A program made the translations under genes and the position numbers. Shown here piece by piece: positions 26,901 through 35,736 of a stretch of DNA of 64,000 nt. This DNA is from a virus, in the IMG/VR virus record IMGVR_UViG_3300042516_004943, positions 1 through 64,000 of that record. The stretch is one strand, 5' to 3'. Every line of letters starts with the position of its first letter. The stretch's first letter is position 1. The notes beneath the pieces were generated by a model. The model was not told the origin of the DNA. It made no database searches and worked only from the letters and a program-made list of their open reading frames with translations.

Positions 26901-27186
26901 TATGCAAAGCTGTATCTTTATCTGAAATTGGCTTTGTTCCTGTACCAAGCTGCATAGTTCCATCAGTAAGTCTTGAAAAAACAAGCCCCCCTCCAATACT
27001 TGAAGTTTTAGCATTGCCAGGGCTCATTAATTCTACCATTGATTCGAGCCATAAGTCTAATATTCTATTAGACTTCATTTCTTTTCCAAATGGAAACGAA
27101 GATTCAATGCCGGATTCTCCAGATCTACATATTTCGACATTCCATTTCGCCGATAAGTATGTGTTTATTTGTGCGTTTGCTTCCAT
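23962..27186 (-). CDS. putative virion protein, family A, with about 620-aa SG-module insertion
   Basis: Family A domain split between WSRFLF and IELTTGEFVKVRY. Confidence 0.65.
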   Translation of the reverse strand: MEANAQINTYLSAKWNVEICRSGESGIESSFPFGKEMKSNRILDLWLESMVELMSPGNAKTSSIGGGLVFSRLTDGTMQLGTGTKPISDKDTALHRFYKQTNYIRPNFNRATGTYISGSGMAIFSRTYDFPIESERVTYTEAGFKPNASDLSNNAGRRGIWSRFLFTSEELATGFLSGYIDNSGNFNLHNHPIDIGSGIIVSGQLYNIPPVKTKEYQIVYGYRSGNLDQFNNFTFYNQNDPQFKHAYLSGYVINGQQIPFANRKVISQPITGYISGFRDTTGNFSGFESNLLYSSSGYYLNNQRYQFPPIQEIRTERIIGYISGFQSGTIFSGFSEIDKLSSGYFFEGSQRAFPTGQSFSGFSGQLGFSNETGFIYSGFFQFSSGFSGIEFTNSGTGIYTGFIGSRNFFYKSGEFIGFAGENPNEFDAYLGFAYSGFPYITGSGFSGVDNTSSGTGILTGILGYRNLYENIPLSGFSGLPEFDSYLGFQFSGLNFPSYTVKTINGNTGPGYASGIIGNRNVLRSFGTEEQGFDNIPSFEYGWRYNPSGRMFNLQYGSGFIYNTVLERERIVGFRSGVTNAFGTFIPFTVPIPGSQGFSGYILSGKKYYFPTGNTFSGFSGMPGFYTGLGFSFSGFFPSQSGFSGESWPKINYEKINGFISGFRNDLGQFFTFQDLYPELPQLRSSGYFLNNQQYYFPTGNTFSGFNGMPGFSIDTGFAYTGFNFPEGSTFSGLTGAFGTGILSGFIGHRVFYTYPTNSITGSLTGFIGSRNDYFIRSNSGIMTGIFGFRKQLSGIELTTGEFVKVRYDTAIRIPAMITPIPVTGENVVYGDFNGSGSIKLIGNYSRIFGTITPNGIASAVGSQAGPMYGFWWPAHNKWFFGNQINPNIYLSAVMIGNEPESGLGFYPNYPPPFPPENDTRFMFVIPGGDEVTEIGIQGKYPNNTDYYGKRYRINLANTPFPSWPTYEYGGLTTDYPSNSYPKEINYWFQFKAEFPNNDTGIGGFFFAPMEKWNANRLWHPTKPFVFEDYFAYYLEGINIPYVGWYYRFDNYQTKFEDQLISLNITLAMNRETYV

Positions 27187-27187
27187 T

Positions 27188-28300
27188 TTAAATTCTAGCC
27201 ATAGATTGCCTTAAATTAATTACAATTTTTTTATCAGATCTTTTTATTTGCGGGTTATTTAATTTCCACAACCATCCATCAACTGTATTTTGTCTATTTG
27301 TTTTTACAGTTGTAAATAAAAAACCTCCTATAGTTTCATTTGCTGTTGGATTATTTATATCAAATACATATTCAATATCTCTGTAAAAACTTCCTTGAGT
27401 ATAATTAGATGGGTTTATTGTTCCGTTGGCTACAGAAAGTCTGCTACCAAGCCAGTTAGTAAATAGGGTATTATTAATATTATTTTCATTCTCAAAAAAA
27501 TTTGTTAAAAGATAAGCTGTGCCAAAGCATTTATTTGTGCATGTTTCTATTTCTGCACAAAACTCTTCACAAAATGGCATAAAAGAAGATCTTGGCGAAT
27601 CGCCATTTCTGATAACTGGATTTCCATCTAAATCAAAGCTTCCGAATATATCATCAAATCTTCCAACTAATTTTAACCATCCATTAGCATTGAATGTTCC
27701 AGAAGATAAATTTATATTTATTGGATTGACAATAGCACTACACGAAATAGAAAAATTATAAAACAATCTTAACCACTGCCCTCTTGGTATAAGAATCGGG
27801 CTGTCTAAAAGAAATTTTGTAAATAATTCTCCGTTCCATCCGTTTTTAAGCCCTATTTCAGAAGCTGTATAAGACTTTGGAAACATTGGTAAGTTTTCTG
27901 GCTTTGGAAAATCATATACTTTTTTAAAAACTCTTTTTCCTAAACTATAAAAATCTTCAATTGAGCATGATTTATCGTTTATAACGTTTGTTTCTAATGT
28001 TTGATATGTTAAATTAGTATCGCTGGCTTGCGCTGGAGCTATTCCGGAGCCTAGCACAGCGTTTCCTTTCAAAAAAGATGGTATAGTATTCCAATTTAAA
28101 TTTAAATGGGGGCCATAGCCATTATTTGCAGATAGAATATCAAGGGCCTGATCTAGTATAAGGTTTTTTTTATATGAACTTCCAAATGGAAAAGTTTCTT
28201 TATTATTCTCATCAACTATAGCTACGTTCCAGGATCCACCAATTTCAAATGATGGGTTTATAGATACGCCTAAATGATTTTTTATATGCAAATTTAACAT
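27188..28300 (-). CDS. putative virion structural protein, family A
   Basis: GSWNVAI...FPFG...NLILD...FTKFLL...LRLFY. Confidence 0.65.
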   Translation of the reverse strand: MLNLHIKNHLGVSINPSFEIGGSWNVAIVDENNKETFPFGSSYKKNLILDQALDILSANNGYGPHLNLNWNTIPSFLKGNAVLGSGIAPAQASDTNLTYQTLETNVINDKSCSIEDFYSLGKRVFKKVYDFPKPENLPMFPKSYTASEIGLKNGWNGELFTKFLLDSPILIPRGQWLRLFYNFSISCSAIVNPININLSSGTFNANGWLKLVGRFDDIFGSFDLDGNPVIRNGDSPRSSFMPFCEEFCAEIETCTNKCFGTAYLLTNFFENENNINNTLFTNWLGSRLSVANGTINPSNYTQGSFYRDIEYVFDINNPTANETIGGFLFTTVKTNRQNTVDGWLWKLNNPQIKRSDKKIVINLRQSMARI

Positions 28301-28342
28301 TTTTATTAATTATGATAATATATATTTTTATATTTTATAATT

Positions 28343-29548
28343 TTATATTTCCGTAAATTGCATAATATTAATGCTTGCAGCAGTTGAATCAGACAGGTAT
28401 AGTCTTCGTGGGCCAAAAACTTCTATTTTATTTATAGATAATGTTGGCGTAATACATTGATTTTCTTTTTTAAATCTATCATAAATTTCATCTTTTAATG
28501 GGTATAGGTGGCGACTTGTGAGTGTTGTAACTTTGTCAATTCTAATGCTTGGAGCAACCCTTGGATTCGTTTCATCAACGAGCATTTCGCTTTCGCCAAG
28601 CCTGAATGTACCAACGTTTCTTCTCAAGATGGTCTGGAATTCTTCAACTATATCATAAAATATTTTATTTTCATAATCATCAAGGGCTGTACCTATGGTG
28701 GCAAATCGTATATTTGCCTTGGCGGTTTGTTCCGTTTGTCCTTTAATAGTTTGGGCTACAGATCCAAAAGCTCTATGCGTTAACAATAAAAATGGATATT
28801 GGCTAAATGTTGGGATTGCTTCATTAAAAGAATTTAATTGCGTTGGGTTTATTCTGCTTGATACAGCATTTGATAATAGAGAATATGCGCCTAATTTTTC
28901 TCCGCCTGTATAGCAATAAATACCATTAACGCCAACTATTAGTCCCCAGGCCTGTGCATTTAATTGATCTCCTGCGTCAACACCAGCGCCTCTAAATGGT
29001 GGGAACGTTCCGCAGCTATAAGTAAAAATTGGTGCTTGAAGAATTCCTTTTGATGGATCATTATCTATAAAAGTTTGCGGTCTTCTGCGCAAACTAATTG
29101 TATGCATCCATGATGAAGAGTTAGGGTCGGGTGTCGATCCTATAAGGGCACATTCTGCAGATGTATCATACCATCTAGTAGCGTTATAAACAGAAACGTG
29201 TATATCATTATCGCTAAACCATGATGGCGCAACAAATGTATTTCCATATCCAGTTCCTGTATTTGTTACCCCATTTTTATCGAAAATTAATGAGTTGTAC
29301 CAAACAATAGTATGCCTATAAGGATTTTTTAAATTAATGCTCATTGATGGTCCAGATCTGCCAACCAGTGGATAAATAGCTCTAAATTTTGACCAAAGAT
29401 TTGTTGATATAAGAGCTGTGGTTAAAAAGTCCAAAGCTTTAATTTCATCCGAATTTGGCTGAACCGGAGACGTTTCAAACATTCTTTGTATGAATAGCAA
29501 GGATGCTGGATGAAGTGTATCTCTTAACTGCTTGCTGATTATTTGCAT
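28343..29548 (-). CDS. putative virion protein, family B
   Basis: LWSKFRAIYPLVG...NLKNP...NGVTNTGTGYGNT. Confidence 0.6.
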   Translation of the reverse strand: MQIISKQLRDTLHPASLLFIQRMFETSPVQPNSDEIKALDFLTTALISTNLWSKFRAIYPLVGRSGPSMSINLKNPYRHTIVWYNSLIFDKNGVTNTGTGYGNTFVAPSWFSDNDIHVSVYNATRWYDTSAECALIGSTPDPNSSSWMHTISLRRRPQTFIDNDPSKGILQAPIFTYSCGTFPPFRGAGVDAGDQLNAQAWGLIVGVNGIYCYTGGEKLGAYSLLSNAVSSRINPTQLNSFNEAIPTFSQYPFLLLTHRAFGSVAQTIKGQTEQTAKANIRFATIGTALDDYENKIFYDIVEEFQTILRRNVGTFRLGESEMLVDETNPRVAPSIRIDKVTTLTSRHLYPLKDEIYDRFKKENQCITPTLSINKIEVFGPRRLYLSDSTAASINIMQFTEI

Positions 29549-29652
29549 ATTATAAGCTTTATATTATTACAATTAAATACACTTTATAGTAGAAGTATTA
29601 AAATAATAAGTATATTTTATTGTTATAAATAGATTTTTATATAAATAATGTA

Positions 29653-30513
29653 ATGTATAATATGCAAAGCAGTAAAAAAGCTAAAAACCAAAACAAGGCT
29701 AAAGATAATAGCCCAAAAGTATATCAAAGAGAAAAAATAGATTTTGAACTAAAAATAAGGGAGCTTAACTGGACAGAAAGACAAAAAGAATTCTTTGATT
29801 TAATTAGCAATAAGGATACGAGGATTGTTTTTGTAAGCGGCCCTGCTGGCTCTTCTAAAACTTTAGTAGCGGTTAGAGCGGCGCTACAAATGCTTAATGA
29901 TAAAAAAGCATCAGATATTATATGTGTTAGAGCAGCAGTTGAAAGTGCCGATTCTAAACTTGGTTATTTGCCGGGTGACTTGCAATCAAAATATGATGTT
30001 TATATGATGCCTTTTGCTGATAAGCTGGAAGAACTTCTGCCAATAGATCAGATTAAAAGACTAAAGGGAGATAATAGGATAACAAATCAGCCAATCAATT
30101 TTTGTCGTGGTTTAAGTTTTGCTGCCAAAGTTATATTGATGGACGAAATGCAAAATGCTACACTGTCAGAGTTTGGAACATTATTGACAAGAATTGGAAA
30201 ATTTACAAAAATGATTGTATGTGCAGATCCTTCACAGTCAGATCTTCCATTCAATAAGCAAGGGGCTTTTGAAAAAATCGTAGAATTATTTTCTTGCGAA
30301 GAATCAAAAAAGATGGGCGTACATCATTTTCATTTTACCGAAGATGATATTTTGCGCTCAGAGCTTTGCAAGTTTGTTGTAAGAAAAATTACAGAACATA
30401 AAAAAGAAGAGGCGATTCGGTTAGCGGAGAAAGAGAAAAAGAATAAGACCCAAAATAATCATAGTATATCACAAGTATATCAAGATAGCTGGTGTCCAAG
30501 TCAAAAATTATAA
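29653..30513 (+). CDS. phoH: PhoH-family ATPase (true start may be 29662)
   Basis: SGPAGSSKT Walker A, LGYLPGD, RGLSF, ILMDEMQN, LLTRIG, QSDL. Confidence 0.92.
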   Translation: MYNMQSSKKAKNQNKAKDNSPKVYQREKIDFELKIRELNWTERQKEFFDLISNKDTRIVFVSGPAGSSKTLVAVRAALQMLNDKKASDIICVRAAVESADSKLGYLPGDLQSKYDVYMMPFADKLEELLPIDQIKRLKGDNRITNQPINFCRGLSFAAKVILMDEMQNATLSEFGTLLTRIGKFTKMIVCADPSQSDLPFNKQGAFEKIVELFSCEESKKMGVHHFHFTEDDILRSELCKFVVRKITEHKKEEAIRLAEKEKKNKTQNNHSISQVYQDSWCPSQKL

Positions 30514-30545
30514 AAATAAATTAAAATTAGATTTTTACTCTTTTA

Positions 30546-31052
30546 TTGAGTAGAATATTACATAATAAATTTATTTTAATTATGTTAAGTTATTTTTGCT
30601 CAAAATGTGGCGGTAAAAATCTTTACCAATTTCAAAAACCTAAATTTTGCTCTCATTGCGGTGCTAGTTTTTCTTTGGCATCAGCTCCAGCATCTACAAA
30701 TATTAAATCAAATCAATTTGAGGTTAATATAAACACAAACAAGATAATCAATACAAATATAGAAGATAAGCCTGAAATTTTTGAACCGTCCGCTCAAGAC
30801 TATAGTTCGATGAGTGGTCTAGATGTTCATATTGAAAAATTTGGTCAAGATAGTGGTATAAAACTTGGAGAGCTTGTTGCAGATGATCCCGTCAAAGCAA
30901 AAATAACTGCTAATAAAAAAAATAATAAACAGCGCAAAGGCAGAAAAAAAATAGCCAAATCTCTGCCAGAAAGTTTCGTTTCTGAAGCAAAAATGTCAGG
31001 GCGAAATTACCAAAACTATGAAGAGCTTAACATTATAGATAACGAAGAATAA
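30546..31052 (+). CDS. zinc-ribbon protein (start probably MLSYF)
   Basis: CSKCG...KPKFCSHCG. Confidence 0.7.
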   Translation: MSRILHNKFILIMLSYFCSKCGGKNLYQFQKPKFCSHCGASFSLASAPASTNIKSNQFEVNINTNKIINTNIEDKPEIFEPSAQDYSSMSGLDVHIEKFGQDSGIKLGELVADDPVKAKITANKKNNKQRKGRKKIAKSLPESFVSEAKMSGRNYQNYEELNIIDNEE

Positions 31053-31054
31053 AT

Positions 31055-31738
31055 ATGGAGCGTCCACCCTTTGAATCCTGTTTGGATGTAATAAATCAGG
31101 AGATAGCCAAAAGGCGCTCTCAATGGAAGCTCACATCTATAGCATGGATGGACTTTAATGACGTAGAGCAAAAGTTAAGGCTTCACATTTTTAAAAAATG
31201 GGAAAAGTGGAATCCTGAAATGCCGCTTTTGCCATGGCTTAATACAGTTATTACAAACCAAATCATCAATCTTGTTAGAAATAATTATTCTAATTATGCA
31301 AGGCCCTGCTTAAATTGTCCACATAATGCTGGAGGTAATAATTGTAAATTGTATGGAACACAAAATGGCAAATGTGCCGATTATGCAAAATGGGAAAAAA
31401 CAAAAAAACATGCCTATGATGTTAAATTGCCAGTAAGCGTTAACGACGAAAGAATTTTTGGAGAAGGCAATGAATTTGATGCTAAAGCTTCGGATGCTAG
31501 CGGATTTGACTTTGAACTTTTCGTGCCAAAAGTTCATGATGCAATGCTTAAATCATTAACCCCAATACAGCAAAAAGTGTATACGTATTTATTTATTGAT
31601 GGATGCCCAGAAACGGAAGTTATTGCAATGCTTGGTTATAAAAATGGATCAACTAAAACCGGTTATAAGTTTGTAAAAAAAATAAGAGCACAGATTGTTA
31701 TAAAAGCTAAAAAAATTGTCCGAGAAATGATAAGATAA
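31055..31738 (+). CDS. phage RNA polymerase sigma factor-like protein
   Basis: Region 2-like DVEQKLRLHIFKKW...WLNTVITNQIINLVR; region 4-like LTPIQQKVY...EVIAMLGY; Cys-rich insert. Confidence 0.7.
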   Translation: MERPPFESCLDVINQEIAKRRSQWKLTSIAWMDFNDVEQKLRLHIFKKWEKWNPEMPLLPWLNTVITNQIINLVRNNYSNYARPCLNCPHNAGGNNCKLYGTQNGKCADYAKWEKTKKHAYDVKLPVSVNDERIFGEGNEFDAKASDASGFDFELFVPKVHDAMLKSLTPIQQKVYTYLFIDGCPETEVIAMLGYKNGSTKTGYKFVKKIRAQIVIKAKKIVREMIR

Positions 31739-31739
31739 T

Positions 31740-32852
31740 ATGAGCGAACAGCCACAGTTTGAACTTTCTGAAGATCACAAAAAGAAGGTGTTAAATTTTT
31801 TTTCAGAAAATTTAGAACCGGAACTTTCTGGCTTAGTAAAGAGTGTTTTTGAAAATAATGAGCTTGATGGCAAAACGAAAGAAGCTAGAGCGATAAAAGC
31901 TTTTTGTAAAGAGCGGGGGTTAAAGTTCAAAACAAGAACTGTGATATTGAAAGGGCTTTTAGAATTAACAGAGGAACAAATTATCTATATTAATAATAAT
32001 TTTAGAGTTAAAAGTGCTTTAGAAATAGCAAAGGAGCTTTTTAACAATGATAATCTTACAAATTTAAGCCAAGAATATAGAACAATAAATTCAAAGATTG
32101 AAGAAATTAAAGATACAATAAAAAAAGATAATATTGCCCCGACCAAAGACGAACTAGAAATTGTTTCTATCAACTATAATCCAGAAGTGCTTGTTGAATC
32201 AGAATATAAGCCACCTAAAACTTTAAAACAAACTATTGAGCGGGTCAATCACTATTTAAATTATGGATACAATGAAGAAACATTAAAAAAGCAGCAACTT
32301 TTTGAAATGCAGCAGCTTAAAAAGTATCTTAATATTTTTAGATTTATATATCAAATCAATACTTATAAAATACAGGGTGATCGAGATCTTTTCGAAGATG
32401 CTTTTATACGATATACTCATGATAAGCCGGATTTAACACAGGAAGATCTTGATCAATTTATCACTCTTTGCAATCAAATTGTAAGAGCAGCTGAAATTCA
32501 AAGAAGAATAGAATCTCTTAGAGCGACTATGGCTGCTGGTGAAATTTCTATGAAAATGAATGAAGCGATTAACGTACTTCAAACAGAACTTAATTCATGT
32601 GAAAATATCAAAACAAAACTTTACAATGATTTAACAACTAAACGCAATAAACGACTCGAAGAAAAAACAGATGGTTTTGAAAAGCTTATAAATCTCGTCC
32701 AAGCATGGAAAGATGAAGAGTTTAGAAAAAAAACAATACATCTTGCAGAGCTTGAAAAAATGAAAGTAAAAGAAGAGGCTGAGCGCATTAATTCTATGAG
32801 TGAAATTAAAGCGTTGCTTCGTGGCGCCACATTAGAAGAATTGGTAGGATAA
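31740..32852 (+). CDS. coiled-coil hypothetical protein (terminase small subunit candidate by position only)
   Basis: 370 aa, helical, two genes upstream of terL. Confidence 0.4.
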   Translation: MSEQPQFELSEDHKKKVLNFFSENLEPELSGLVKSVFENNELDGKTKEARAIKAFCKERGLKFKTRTVILKGLLELTEEQIIYINNNFRVKSALEIAKELFNNDNLTNLSQEYRTINSKIEEIKDTIKKDNIAPTKDELEIVSINYNPEVLVESEYKPPKTLKQTIERVNHYLNYGYNEETLKKQQLFEMQQLKKYLNIFRFIYQINTYKIQGDRDLFEDAFIRYTHDKPDLTQEDLDQFITLCNQIVRAAEIQRRIESLRATMAAGEISMKMNEAINVLQTELNSCENIKTKLYNDLTTKRNKRLEEKTDGFEKLINLVQAWKDEEFRKKTIHLAELEKMKVKEEAERINSMSEIKALLRGATLEELVG

Positions 32853-32853
32853 T

Positions 32854-33774
32854 ATGGAAATTAAATGCGAATTTTGTGCTAAAAAATTTAGTGGCGTTAT
32901 TGATCTATCAAAACATATCAAAGAGCACAAAATGTCTCAAAAAAAATATTTTGAACAATTTTATCCAAGACATGATTTGTCTAATAAAAAAAAGATAGAT
33001 TTTAAATCAGTAGAGCAGTATTTTTTATCTGACTTTGTAGATAAAACTTCTATGAAATCTTGGCTGGCAAATATAGGCAAAGAAAAAGCCATAGAGTATT
33101 TGTCTGGAAAAATAAAAAAATATTGTGAAGTTAAAAATTTAAAAAATGCCCCACCTGAATTTTTTATTCAAACCGTTAGCTGCTTGCCATCAATAAGGTT
33201 TATAGAAAAATTATGTGGAAATGATTATAATAATATATCTATAAAAAGCGGAAAAGAATCAAAATATGATTATTCTAATTTAGATATTAGAGCAACCAAT
33301 TCAAAGCCAGCTAAGCAGATAGTTATAGATACCAGAGAAAAAAGACCACTGAAATTTGCTAAAGATTTAAGGAAAGTAAATGTTGCTCTTGATTATGGAG
33401 ATTATGCTCTTTCACCAGCATCTAGAATTGTAATTGAAAGAAAAAGTTTCAGTGATTTTTTTGGCACTTTTGGCGCAAATTTAGAGAGATTTGAAAAAGA
33501 ATTATTAAGGGCTCAAAATAATAATGGATACATTATCATAATGGTAGAAGCGTCTTATAGTTCATTAGCATATAACAAGAAGCGCTGGTTCGCAACAAGC
33601 CCAGAATATATATTTCATAGAGTCAGAGATTTATACAAAAAATATGAATGTTTTCAAATTGTTTTTTGCGATGGAAGAAAACATATGACTGACTTAATTT
33701 TAAAAATTTTAGGACTTGGCGAAGAAGTTAAAAAAATAGATTTGCAATATTGCATTGAAAAAGAAATAATATAA
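32854..33774 (+). CDS. ERCC4/XPF-family nuclease with N-terminal C2H2 zinc finger
   Basis: IVIDTRE...LDYGDY...VIERKSFSD; CEFC...HIKEH. Confidence 0.82.
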   Translation: MEIKCEFCAKKFSGVIDLSKHIKEHKMSQKKYFEQFYPRHDLSNKKKIDFKSVEQYFLSDFVDKTSMKSWLANIGKEKAIEYLSGKIKKYCEVKNLKNAPPEFFIQTVSCLPSIRFIEKLCGNDYNNISIKSGKESKYDYSNLDIRATNSKPAKQIVIDTREKRPLKFAKDLRKVNVALDYGDYALSPASRIVIERKSFSDFFGTFGANLERFEKELLRAQNNNGYIIIMVEASYSSLAYNKKRWFATSPEYIFHRVRDLYKKYECFQIVFCDGRKHMTDLILKILGLGEEVKKIDLQYCIEKEII

Positions 33775-33775
33775 T

Positions 33776-35680
33776 ATGGCTATTTGGGCAGGAAATCAAC
33801 CAGTAAAAGATATAGCGAATATAAATAAAGAGCTATTAAATCTTAATGGGGAGCTTGATGACAGAACGGCTAAAATAACATTGGCTAAATTTTTGCGTCA
33901 TAATATTGGATTTACTTCTCAATTAATACTTGGCATAAATATGGAGCCAATGCAGGTTATGCATATCAATGCAATGTTTGAGAAAAACAACTGCATGCTT
34001 ATTTTTAGTCGCGGTGGTGGAAAATCAACTTTGGCTGGTTGGTATTGCATATTAAAATGTATATTTGAACCTGGTACAAGGATAGTAATTGCTTCGGCAA
34101 ATTTTAGAACGAGTCGCAGAATATTTGAAGAAATTGTAAGATTACTAAATACTGAAGAAGCACAGCTAGCTAGATCTTGTTTTGATAAAAAGCCATATTT
34201 AAGAAATGATAAATTTCAATGGGATGTAAATGGTGGTTATATATGTGCTATTCCGCTCTCTGAAGATACTCGAGGCATGCGCTGTGATGTTCTTATTCTT
34301 GATGAGGTTTTATTATTGTCTCCACAAATGATTAATGATGTTTTGGCTCCATTTCTTTCCTCGCCACGAGATGCAGCATTTAGAATTAAAGTAAGAAAGC
34401 TGGAAGATGACTTAATAAAAAATGGGACTCTCCACCCGAATAATAAAATGATTTTTGAAAACGCTGCACAAATGATTTGCCTGTCATCTGCTTCTTATCA
34501 GTTTCAGCATTTATATAAAATGTATTCAGATTGGACTGATTTTGTTGAAAGACCAGATCTTTTAACTATGAATGGCAAAGAAGAGGAGCGTCCTACTTAT
34601 TTTATATCACAAATGGGGTGGGAATCAATACCAGCTACAATTTTAAACCGCGAATTCATCCAATCTCAAAGGGCTAGCATTTCAGAGGATTCATTTCAGC
34701 GAGAATATGGCGCACAATTTCGTGATGGTGGTGATGGATATTTTTCAATGCGAAAAATGAATGAATGTACGATTCCGGATGGTGAATATCCACACTCTAA
34801 AGTTGTTGGCGACCCGTTAAAAAAATATATACTATCAATAGATCCAAATTATTCTAAAAGCGCGTCATCTGACTTTTTTGCAATGTCAGTTATAGAGATT
34901 GACGAAGAAAAAGAGGAGGGCGTTTTAGTTCATGGCTACCAAAGGGTTGGAGCCGATCTTCAAGATCATATAAAATACATTTATTATATATTAACACATT
35001 TTAAAGTAGTACTAATCGTTGCAGATTCATCGAACTTAGATACTATAATAGATGCATGTAATGAAAGTGAATTTTTTAAAGGATCTAGTATAAAATTAAC
35101 ATATATAACTGAGTGGGATTCTACAAAAGACGGTCAGGATCAAGTTGATATGCTTATCGCCTCTAAAAAGCAGTATAGTCCAGATTTAGGCTGCATGTGT
35201 ATTAGGCAAACACCGACAACTGACTGGATTATGCGCGCAAACTCTTATTTACAATCATGCATTGATCATAAAAAAATATGGTTTGCCTCGCGCGCAAGCA
35301 ACCATCCAGAATATATGTCTTATATGTTTAATTTAAGAATACCATTAAAGCTTGTATTCCCACATGGTTCTGGGGTTTTAGAGGGAGACTCTAAAGAAGA
35401 TAATAGAAAATTATCAATTAGAGAATTTATTGAATTACAAGATGATATTATTTTATCAACAAAAGAACAATGTGCAAATATTGAAGTAACATCAACATCT
35501 AGAGGGCATCAGAGCTTTGACCTTCCAAGATCTGCAAGAACTTCTACTGCCAATAATAAACCTAGAAAAGATAACTACAGCACGCTATTATTAGGTAATT
35601 GGGGAATAAAGTGTTACTTTGAATTAGTTAAAACTCAGGTGCAAATCAAAAGAGAGCAATTTATACCAACGCTAATTTAA
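33776..35680 (+). CDS. terL: terminase large subunit
   Basis: Walker A SRGGGKS, Walker B VLILDE, FQREYGAQF, RNase H-like SIDP...SDFFAM. Confidence 0.9.
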   Translation: MAIWAGNQPVKDIANINKELLNLNGELDDRTAKITLAKFLRHNIGFTSQLILGINMEPMQVMHINAMFEKNNCMLIFSRGGGKSTLAGWYCILKCIFEPGTRIVIASANFRTSRRIFEEIVRLLNTEEAQLARSCFDKKPYLRNDKFQWDVNGGYICAIPLSEDTRGMRCDVLILDEVLLLSPQMINDVLAPFLSSPRDAAFRIKVRKLEDDLIKNGTLHPNNKMIFENAAQMICLSSASYQFQHLYKMYSDWTDFVERPDLLTMNGKEEERPTYFISQMGWESIPATILNREFIQSQRASISEDSFQREYGAQFRDGGDGYFSMRKMNECTIPDGEYPHSKVVGDPLKKYILSIDPNYSKSASSDFFAMSVIEIDEEKEEGVLVHGYQRVGADLQDHIKYIYYILTHFKVVLIVADSSNLDTIIDACNESEFFKGSSIKLTYITEWDSTKDGQDQVDMLIASKKQYSPDLGCMCIRQTPTTDWIMRANSYLQSCIDHKKIWFASRASNHPEYMSYMFNLRIPLKLVFPHGSGVLEGDSKEDNRKLSIREFIELQDDIILSTKEQCANIEVTSTSRGHQSFDLPRSARTSTANNKPRKDNYSTLLLGNWGIKCYFELVKTQVQIKREQFIPTLI

Positions 35681-35736
35681 TTTAATTTTTAAATAAAATG
35701 AATTTCAGAATACATTACTGTAATAAATAACTGCAT

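Noticed and set aside
17712-27186. Diversity-generating retroelement or inteins explaining the repeats and insertions
   Set aside because: No reverse transcriptase, no adenine-specific template/variable pair seen, no intein terminal motifs.
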